NCBI GenBank assembly: GCA_002840165.1
Contig: PGZN01000005.1
Location: forward strand, 7,478 to 71,477
From: Firmicutes bacterium HGW-Firmicutes-8
GTDB lineage: Bacteria > Bacillota > Thermincolia > Thermincolales > UBA2595
Length of the DNA: 64,000 nucleotides
Direction: 5' to 3'
Below are positions 56,891 through 63,269 of this stretch, one piece after another. The notes beneath the pieces were generated by a model, which saw only the letters and a program-made list of their open reading frames with translations, searched no databases and was not told where the DNA came from. Positions within the stretch are counted from its first letter, which is position 1. Every line of letters begins with the position of its first letter. A program made the position numbers and the translations under genes.

Positions 56891-57907
56891 GTGTATTTGA
56901 TGGTTGGATTTAACTCAGTTCCCAAGAGCCAAACCTTTATTCTGATAATGAGATTGGTCATTATCGGGTTGAGCCCAATATTATATAGTGTAAGCGGATT
57001 ATGGCCCCACTCCTATGACCTTTTGACAATTATAATATTTTCATTTATTACGATGGTCCTGACAATTTGTCATTTTAAACACTTATATCTCAAGCCGGTA
57101 CACTGGGGCATCGTTCATATTGTTGACTTAATCGCCATCAGCCTGATGGTTTTGGGCCGAAATGGGATTCACAGTGAAAGTTTCAATCTATATTACCTCG
57201 TCGTATTGCAGGCCGGACTGGTATTTGGGGTTAGGCAGGCCTTGGTATGTTTGCTGTTCGGCAACATTTTTTACGCCGGGGCGGTAATGCTGACCTCTCC
57301 GGTTGATGCCGATATCAAAAGGCTGATAGTCAGAATTATATACAGCTGGTTGGTAGGGATAACAGGCGCGTACCTGTCCTATCTGGAGAAAACGCACCAG
57401 AAGCAATCTATCATGGACTGTCTTACAAGTACTTACAACAGGTCGTTTCTTGACCAGTCTCTGAGGCATGAATTCAAACGCGCCGCTAACCGCAAAACCA
57501 ATCTCAGTGTTATCATGATTGATATTGACAATTTTAAGGTAGTTAATGATATGTACGGGCACAAGGAAGGCGATTTAGTGCTGGAACAGGTTGCCAGGAT
57601 TATTCAGTCAAACATCAGGGATGTTGACTTTGTGGCCAGGTACGGGGGCGAGGAATTCTTTGTAACACTGCCCGGGATAGGGATCGACAAGGCCCTCGAA
57701 GTAGCTGAACGGATCCGCAATGCTGTTGAAGACTCGCCTTTCAATAGACACAATACTACTCAGGAGATTCCGGTCACGGTCAGCTGTGGAGTTGCCAGTT
57801 ACCCATTCCAGGCCGAAAACCTCGACGAACTCATGAAAAGAGCTGATGATTACCTATATGAGGCCAAAAGGGCCGGAAGAAACAGGGTCCATTATAAAGC
57901 AGGATAG
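56891..57907 (+). CDS. Membrane-anchored diguanylate cyclase (GGDEF)
   Basis: Five or six N-terminal TM helices and a GGDEF domain with RYGGEEF and an RxxD-like I-site context. Confidence 0.85.
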   Translation: MYLMVGFNSVPKSQTFILIMRLVIIGLSPILYSVSGLWPHSYDLLTIIIFSFITMVLTICHFKHLYLKPVHWGIVHIVDLIAISLMVLGRNGIHSESFNLYYLVVLQAGLVFGVRQALVCLLFGNIFYAGAVMLTSPVDADIKRLIVRIIYSWLVGITGAYLSYLEKTHQKQSIMDCLTSTYNRSFLDQSLRHEFKRAANRKTNLSVIMIDIDNFKVVNDMYGHKEGDLVLEQVARIIQSNIRDVDFVARYGGEEFFVTLPGIGIDKALEVAERIRNAVEDSPFNRHNTTQEIPVTVSCGVASYPFQAENLDELMKRADDYLYEAKRAGRNRVHYKAG

Positions 57908-57914
57908 GGCTAGC

Positions 57915-57939
57915 TGACAATTGATAATTGACAATTGAC
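57915..57939. repeat. Heptamer array TGACAAT/TGATAAT/TGACAAT(+partial)
   Basis: Direct reading. The inverted partner is at 58734-58752. Confidence 0.8.
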
Positions 57940-58015
57940 CGACAGTAAAACCAGTCACAGGTTATAAAAATCAACAGTTTTACTCAACAAAGGTGCGCCT
58001 TGCAGAGTAAAAACA

Positions 58016-58058
58016 GCCGCGGATGACGCTGATAACGCGGATTAGAACGACGCGGATA
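58016..58058. repeat. GCGGAT-cluster repeat copy
   Basis: GCCGCGGATGACGCTGATAACGCGGATTAGAACGACGCGGATA aligns with 60344-60387 and with the reverse complement of 26386-26428. Confidence 0.8.
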
Positions 58059-58170
58059 AAACATATCACAAATGATAATACCCCACCAGGAAAGATACCC
58101 TGGTGGGGTATTTCTTGCTGCCATTCTTATGCATGGTAGTGTCCAGACAGATTATAACACCGCTGTCGTA

Positions 58171-58446
58171 TCATTTTGCAGTTTTTATTACTTTTAGTTC
58201 AATGTCGTGCCGTTCAACAGTTGTAGCGAGTTTATCAACCTTATTTTCTAGAACCTCAAGCTTTTCGTAATTCTGTTTGTAACCATCAAAAAGAATGTCC
58301 TTAGCTTCTTTTAACTCATTTTCTAATTTAACCTGGCCTTTTTCCAGCCTTTGCAGACCTTCTTTTAACTCACCTCGAAGTTCCTTAAAACCATTCTGCA
58401 TTTCACTATACATTTTTTCCATTAACCCAAACATCTTATCGTTCAT
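58171..58446 (-). CDS. Hypothetical coiled-coil protein (91 aa)
   Basis: RBS GTGGGGGA before the ATG (MNDKMFGLMEKMYSEMQNGFKELRGELKEGLQRLEKGQ..). The track ORF extends further upstream. Confidence 0.5.
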   Translation of the reverse strand: MNDKMFGLMEKMYSEMQNGFKELRGELKEGLQRLEKGQVKLENELKEAKDILFDGYKQNYEKLEVLENKVDKLATTVERHDIELKVIKTAK

Positions 58447-58575
58447 TGTTAATTTTCCCCCACCATTCATTTCAAATACAATTTTATCATAAGTTATATC
58501 AATATAATACCAAACGAGTGTTCGTTTGTAAATGCCTCTAAGGTTCCCCAAGCAAAAAATATCTCATCAAAGAAT

Positions 58576-58688
58576 ATACAAAGCTTGTCGATGTGCAGTA
58601 TAATATGTAGTAGCTGGGACTTAAAAGAAGATAATTAGGGAACTAAGATGTGTGGTGCAGCATTCGTCTTGGTTTCCTTTTTGTTTAC
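58576..58688 (+). promoter_or_regulatory. Duplicated promoter-leader-terminator element, copy 1
   Basis: TATAAT at 58609-58614, a transcript of about 60 nt, then stem GGAACTAAGATG / CGTCTTGGTTTCC followed by T5. Highly similar to 60399-60512. Confidence 0.55.
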
Positions 58689-58733
58689 CTGGACAATGCA
58701 CAATACACAATGGTTTCAGACTCCTATTTTTTT

Positions 58734-58752
58734 AATTGTCAATTGTCAATTG
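58734..58752. repeat. Heptamer array AATTGTC x2 + AATTGGT, followed by CTGTGGGTCGG motif (58756-58766)
   Basis: Direct reading. (ACAATGC/ACAATAC/ACAATGG) units in the opposite orientation lie at 58693-58713. Confidence 0.8.
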
Positions 58753-58774
58753 GTACTGTGGGTCGGGGGAGTTA

Positions 58775-59587
58775 TTAGCCGATAAATTCTGCTAATTCCT
58801 TGTTAAATTTATCACGCTCATCATAGAAGAGTCCGTGACCGCTGTATATAAATGGCACAAGCTTGGAATTGCTTATCCCTTGTCTTTGCGCTTCAGCCAA
58901 TGGAAAGAGACAAACTTTGTCGTGAATACCGTGAAGAATTAATGTAGGGACGCGTATTTTCCCAAGATCAGAAAATAAACCTTCTTCATTTAACCAAGAG
59001 GATGCAACCGCCACGGTGGACCAACCTGCAGCCTGTAGTCCTAATTGGAAAAACCATTCTGAAAAAGGCTCAGTCACATGCTGGAAGAAAAACGTGTTTC
59101 CAAATCCCCGCAGCATCTGAGGGCGGTCATTATATGTTTCTTGAATAAGTTTATTTACGTCTTCTTTTGATAAACCGTAAGGGAAATATGGGCGTTGAAT
59201 AAGACTGGGAGCTGCAGCTGCAAAAAGGGCGAGCTTTGATACCCCAAATCCGTTGTGGCGGGCCATGTATCGAATAGCAATCGCTCCCCCTGTGGAATGT
59301 CCAGCTAGTATGAAATATTGTAATTTAAATGCTTCAACCACATATCGAACATCGTCTGCTAACCGATCATAGTCATAGCCTCTCCAAGGCTTATCGGAAT
59401 TACCGAAGCCTCTGGTATCTATGCCGATGCAGCGATATCCCATTTTGGGCAGCTGATCAAACTGATATTCAAACATCCTATGGTTCGCAGGCCAACCGTG
59501 TATAAACAAAATTGTCTTTCTGCCCCCTGGATTAAGATCTTCTACATAAATATTTACGTCTGGTTCGACTCTAACATAGTATCCCAT
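58775..59587 (-). CDS. Alpha/beta hydrolase (non-haem haloperoxidase/arylesterase-like)
   Basis: HGWP.., nucleophile elbow GHSTGG, and C-terminal HG..D. RBS TGGAGGA before ATG 59587. Confidence 0.8.
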   Translation of the reverse strand: MGYYVRVEPDVNIYVEDLNPGGRKTILFIHGWPANHRMFEYQFDQLPKMGYRCIGIDTRGFGNSDKPWRGYDYDRLADDVRYVVEAFKLQYFILAGHSTGGAIAIRYMARHNGFGVSKLALFAAAAPSLIQRPYFPYGLSKEDVNKLIQETYNDRPQMLRGFGNTFFFQHVTEPFSEWFFQLGLQAAGWSTVAVASSWLNEEGLFSDLGKIRVPTLILHGIHDKVCLFPLAEAQRQGISNSKLVPFIYSGHGLFYDERDKFNKELAEFIG

Positions 59588-59663
59588 GTGAATTCCTCCA
59601 TTTAGCAAAGGTTTTTGTAGTAACAATATATTGACATGGGCATTAATAGGTGAGCTGCCTTAA

Positions 59664-59684
59664 ACAATTAACAATTGACAATGC
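59664..59684. repeat. Heptamer array ACAATTA/ACAATTG/ACAATGC
   Basis: Direct reading. The inverted partner is at 60798-60818. Confidence 0.75.
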
Positions 59685-59721
59685 CCGCTTAATATAGGTA
59701 CAAAATTAAGGGAAGGGACTG

Positions 59722-60180
59722 GTGTATCTGCAAATTAAAAAAGTTGTCGGCAGTACTGTTGCAATGTTATCTGTGAGCGGGATGCTGCTCACGGGGCCTT
59801 TCAGCATGTCTCCGGTAACAGCCTCTGTATCATCAGGGCAATTGCAGACCTACACGGCTCATGGTCAAACACATGGGGGAAAACATGGCTGTAAAATGCT
59901 GGATACAGTCAGCCAACTCACAGGTTTAACCCCTGACCAGATTAAAATCCAGCGCAAGGCCGGGAAATCCCTGGCCCAAATCGCCCAAAGCAAGGGAGTA
60001 TCTGAGGAGAAGCTGATTGCAGCCATCATGGAGCCGATTAAAGCCAAGTTCCAGAAACGAGTCAGCGAAGGCAAAATCACTCCGGAAAAAGCCAAAGAAA
60101 TCCTGGCCAAAATCGAACAGAAGGTTAAAACCAGGGTTAACAACACCAAACCCCCGCAGGAGCACCGCATCAAAGGCTAG
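59722..60180 (+). CDS. Hypothetical secreted protein (152 aa)
   Basis: GTG start with RBS AAGGGAAGGGA, a signal-peptide-like N-terminus and a Lys-rich helical C-terminus. Confidence 0.5.
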   Translation: MYLQIKKVVGSTVAMLSVSGMLLTGPFSMSPVTASVSSGQLQTYTAHGQTHGGKHGCKMLDTVSQLTGLTPDQIKIQRKAGKSLAQIAQSKGVSEEKLIAAIMEPIKAKFQKRVSEGKITPEKAKEILAKIEQKVKTRVNNTKPPQEHRIKG

Positions 60181-60224
60181 CATCGCATCAATAAAGCCTT
60201 TGTGAGCCGCAGGACCGACCCGCA

Positions 60225-60271
60225 AAAGAGCAGCCTCTGCCGGCCAAATACCGCAGAGGGCTGCTCTTTTA
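60225..60271 (+). terminator. Rho-independent terminator
   Basis: AGAGCAGCCTCTGC / GCAGAGGGCTGCTCT stem followed by TTT. Confidence 0.7.
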
Positions 60272-60343
60272 GTGACCACTAGCCAGTAAAAAGAAATCAC
60301 CGAGGGCACAGAGTGTCAAAGTAGAGAACACAGAGAAAAAAAC

Positions 60344-60387
60344 GGCCACGGATGGCACGGAATACGCGGATTAGAACGACGCGGATA
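60344..60387. repeat. GCGGAT-cluster repeat copy (preceded by CACAGAG motifs 60305-60335)
   Basis: GGCCACGGATGGCACGGAATACGCGGATTAGAACGACGCGGATA. Confidence 0.8.
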
Positions 60388-60398
60388 TAATGGATGAA

Positions 60399-60512
60399 TA
60401 GACAAAGCCTGTCGATGTGCGGTATAATATGTAGTAAGCTGGGACTTATAAGAAGATAATTAGGGAACTAAGATGAGTGGTGCAGCATTCGTCTGAGTTT
60501 CCTTTTTGTTTT
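60399..60512 (+). promoter_or_regulatory. Duplicated promoter-leader-terminator element, copy 2
   Basis: TATAAT at 60423-60428, stem 60466-60477 / 60490-60502, then T5. Lies upstream of the small membrane ORF 60594..60788. Confidence 0.55.
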
Positions 60513-60593
60513 GTTTGGCTTTCACCAACTAGTCTCGCTTCACCGGCTGTCACGGTTTTAGCGAAATAAACTTAATAAAAGAGGGGTGTTGTT

Positions 60594-60788
60594 ATGTTTA
60601 GAGCAATTCCATTTGCATTCTTTTCCGTTATTTATTTAGTAACACTGGGATTCTCAATCTATGGATTTGTGCTTTTTATTAAACTAGCTCGCAGAGGAAT
60701 CACTGCTCTTGATATTTATATCAATGAGAAATCAAAAATGGAGAACATGGATCCTATGGAACGCGAGCAGTTAGGCCGGCAGGAGTAA
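60594..60788 (+). CDS. Small membrane protein (64 aa)
   Basis: RBS AGAGGGGTG 6 nt before the ATG, one or two TM helices (IPFAFFSVIYLVTLGFSIYGFVLFI) and an acidic tail. Confidence 0.5.
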   Translation: MFRAIPFAFFSVIYLVTLGFSIYGFVLFIKLARRGITALDIYINEKSKMENMDPMEREQLGRQE

Positions 60789-60797
60789 TCTCTTTAT

Positions 60798-60818
60798 AAT
60801 TGTCAATTGTTAATTGCA
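60798..60818. repeat. Heptamer array AATTGTC/AATTGTT/AATTGCA followed by CTGTGGGTCGG (60823-60833)
   Basis: Direct reading. Confidence 0.75.
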
Positions 60819-60900
60819 GGCCCTGTGGGTCGGACAAATTCGTTTAGCCAATATGCGAAATGTTTTTAAACGAAATAAAAAGAACTCCAAATAAGAGTTC

Positions 60901-61365
60901 TTAGAATCTAATCTCTTTTAAAGGCCTGTTTTTCTTGGCCCAAGAGAAAAAGTCTCTTGGAGTTCCAATTGGAATTTCTTTAAAGTTATCAAGTTTTAGC
61001 ATGTGCCGGTAATCAGCTGAAATAATATACTCCGCACCGCCTGTCTCTGCCGCAAAGAGAAATGGGTCATCGTCTCTATCAGGTGATGCCGGTGGCCAAT
61101 CAGTTGGCATTTCTCTGACTTTGTCACTTTCATCAAAAACTAAATTAAGTAGGTTTACAACATCATAGGGATCCACGTCAGTCTTCTTTTTGTAGAGGGG
61201 ACCTAATCTTGCTATTATTTCTACTGCTTCGTTGTAGATAAAGGAATTCCAGACCCAAACCAGATTGCCTTTTAGAACAAAATCAAATAGACGTGTTCGA
61301 CTGTATAAACTAGGAACTAGTATATTAGTGTCTATTACTACTGGAACGACGACTTGTCTTGACAT
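60901..61365 (-). CDS. PIN-domain toxin (TIGR00305-like PIN family)
   Basis: MSRQVVVPVVIDTNILV.. N-terminal acidic motif, about 154 aa. The terminator hairpin AGAACTC/GAGTTCT lies just downstream (60874-60903). Confidence 0.75.
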   Translation of the reverse strand: MSRQVVVPVVIDTNILVPSLYSRTRLFDFVLKGNLVWVWNSFIYNEAVEIIARLGPLYKKKTDVDPYDVVNLLNLVFDESDKVREMPTDWPPASPDRDDDPFLFAAETGGAEYIISADYRHMLKLDNFKEIPIGTPRDFFSWAKKNRPLKEIRF

Positions 61366-61579
61366 CCTTAAATACCCGTTTAACATCTTTTTCTATTTGA
61401 TCAACATTTAAACCAGCGGCAACAGTTTTTTTACTTATAGCACTTGATAGCTTTTTTGCTTGCGCTAACTTTTCTTGTCTTGAAGGTATCCTTTTGGTTA
61501 GTACAGACAATTTCATCACCTTCCCATCTACAAAGGAGTATCTTTTCAATGTGGATTTATGTTGGATTCTTTTAAACAT
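61325..61579 (-). CDS. Putative antitoxin of the PIN toxin (84 aa)
   Basis: RBS AAGGAGA 9 nt before ATG 61579. A basic small protein directly upstream of the PIN gene. The 3' end overlaps the PIN start by about 41 nt. Confidence 0.5.
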   Translation of the reverse strand: MFKRIQHKSTLKRYSFVDGKVMKLSVLTKRIPSRQEKLAQAKKLSSAISKKTVAAGLNVDQIEKDVKRVFKDVKTSRRSSSNRH

Positions 61580-61683
61580 ATTGTACCATCTCCTTACAGC
61601 ACATTCAATATATAGTATTATCTAACTATGAGGAAATATCTCGGGATGGTAAAATATGTTATAATGATTTAAGAATAATAGTG

Positions 61684-61769
61684 CCGGTATGAAAAACACA
61701 TCACAACAGGCTAAACGGCGTCTTACGAGCAGATTATTCCTGCCGGCCCAACTGTCCCGCGTCCTCGGT
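61684..61769. repeat. Conserved ~85-nt non-coding element, copy 1
   Basis: CCGG..GAAAAACACATCACAACAGGCTAAACGGCGTCT..TGCCGGCCCAACTGTCCCGCGTCCTCGG. By my hand alignment it matches 62940-63021 at most positions. Confidence 0.8.
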
Positions 61770-62074
61770 TGCGGGTAAGCGGGAGAAGAGCGGCGTCCCT
61801 ATCTCTACACTCCCCGACTCAGAACTGGCCAATGGCCACTGTATGGCCTGTGGGTCGTTTAGCCAATAACGTGAAACGAAGGAATGTAAGGGGCCAATAA
61901 CCGGCACCCCGTGAGATATGAGAGGTTTGCCACAGAGAATTTTGGTGGATGGTTTTATCCGCAAAGTGATATTTAAAGCTACCAGGAAAAAACGGAAGAT
62001 ATTTTGCTTTGCGGAGAAAGGTAAAATGTTTTTTCAACTTTTAGGCAATAGAAAAAGACCCCTTGTAAGAGGTC

Positions 62075-62580
62075 TTATGGCAAAAATCTGACCATTTGAA
62101 CCAATTCGGCTTCTTGTAGAAAAACAAATCCGTTTTTGACATAAAACTCGATTAAATTATCGTCATTTATACATTCCACTAGGATAATTCTTCCTCCGAC
62201 GTACTGAAACGATTTTAATATAACGGACAAAGCGTATTCGATGATTTCCTGACCACTTATACAATCTGTATATTTGTCATTTTTACCCAACTGTCCAATT
62301 AAATAAACCGGAGTTTCTTGAATGTTTTTATAAAGTCCATCCAACTTTTTAATTAAAGTTTTAGGGATTGAATCGGATATTTTTAAGACTTTTAGTGCAA
62401 TGGTAAAATAAGCGAAGAGCTCAAAATCTCCTTTAGCCAAACCTTCTTCATTTACAACTAGGTAAGTTCTGCTTTTTGATTTCTTTTCAAATATGATAGC
62501 TCTTTCTTGTAGAAAACATTCAACATCTGTATCTCTTTTACATTCGAAGGATGAAAAAACTGACCGTATTGAGTCTTCAT
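62075..62580 (-). pseudogene. GNAT-family acetyltransferase toxin (TacT-like), reading frame broken at a T6 (plus-strand A6) tract 62554-62559
   Basis: ATG 62580 abuts the upstream stop (TAGATG) and gives MKTQYGQFF.., then an off-frame stop. The GNAT-like sequence ..SSFECKRDTDVECFLQERAIIFEKKSKSRTYLVVNEEG.. continues in the -1 frame into track ORF 62075..62440. One extra T would give a 168-aa ORF. A terminator lies at 62043-62073. Confidence 0.6.
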
Positions 62581-62820
62581 CTATTTCTGATAGGACTTCT
62601 TGGAGTGAGAGGAGAACTTTCTTAATGCTGATTTCCCTCTTTTAAATTCTTCTTCGACGTCAATCTTATAATTGGGTAATTGCTTATTTGAATCTTGAGA
62701 TAACCCATTCATAAGGACATCAACAGCTTTCTTATCTTTTACAATTATTTCCCTGTCAAAAGACGCAGTAGCCATTTTAGTCACCTTCTTTTTTGTAAAG
62801 AGATTTGTTTTCTTAGCCAT
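62581..62820 (-). CDS. Putative antitoxin partner of the GNAT toxin (79 aa)
   Basis: RBS GAGAGGTG 7 nt before ATG 62820 (MAKKTNLFTKKKVTKMATASFDREIIV..). The stop abuts the GNAT ATG. Confidence 0.45.
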   Translation of the reverse strand: MAKKTNLFTKKKVTKMATASFDREIIVKDKKAVDVLMNGLSQDSNKQLPNYKIDVEEEFKRGKSALRKFSSHSKKSYQK

Positions 62821-62939
62821 ATTGTAACACCTCTCAATAGAAACTTCAATGCTTTCCCAATTTGAATATCGAGATCCTAACATTGGTTTTGATTATATAA
62901 AATATTATTCACTGAATGCTTTAAAATGAATCTTGGGAG

Positions 62940-63021
62940 CCGGAAAAAACACATCACAACAGGCTAAACGGCGTCTCACGGGCAGGTTACGCTTGCCGGC
63001 CCAACTGTCCCACGTCCTCGG
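62940..63021. repeat. Conserved ~85-nt non-coding element, copy 2
   Basis: Aligns with 61684-61769. It is followed by GGCTGTCACGGTTTTTGCG, which also occurs at 60543-60563. Confidence 0.8.
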
Positions 63022-63269
63022 CTGTCACGGTTTTTGCGTGAGCAATAATCGCGCCACCGAGAACCTAAATATCCTGCTTCCGCAAGAGACTGTACCCGGC
63101 CTATCCTAACCCGGATGGCCTGCCCGCAACCGTACGTTATCTCACCGGTCCTATTATGGAGCACACATATGAATCCAAACAGGGTCTTATAAACTTTGTT
63201 AATCATTATTTCGAACCTACTGATACATGAATCCAAAAGTTAGCAGAAAGCCTTAAAGGAGTGGTGTAT

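Noticed and set aside
58649-58795. 49-codon hydrophobic ORF starting at the ATG inside leader element copy 1 (possible type I toxin).
   Set aside because: The equivalent ATG in copy 2 is followed by a stop after 7 codons. The copy 1 ORF reads through the terminator, the heptamer array and into the hydrolase 3' end, so it is not conserved as coding.
61684-61868. Integron attC site / cassette array interpretation of the repeated elements between TA operons.
   Set aside because: GGCTAAAC..GTTTAGCC gives AAC/GTT-type inverted ends about 157 nt apart, but the interior shows no extended imperfect palindrome (no L boxes or extrahelical bases). Copy 2 has no matching right end, and there is no intI. 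I leave it as unclassified rather than attC.
61734-62037. Track ORFs 61734..61964 and 61819..62037, plus 62976..63236, on the minus strand.
   Set aside because: They have no RBS, overlap the repeated non-coding elements, and their translations are Arg/Gly/Cys-rich with no family resemblance.
61684-62040. Group II intron fragment, tmRNA or RNase P RNA.
   Set aside because: On either strand I found no GUGYG 5' end, no domain V-like 34-nt hairpin, no tag-peptide reading frame with a tRNA-like end, and no RNase P conserved blocks.
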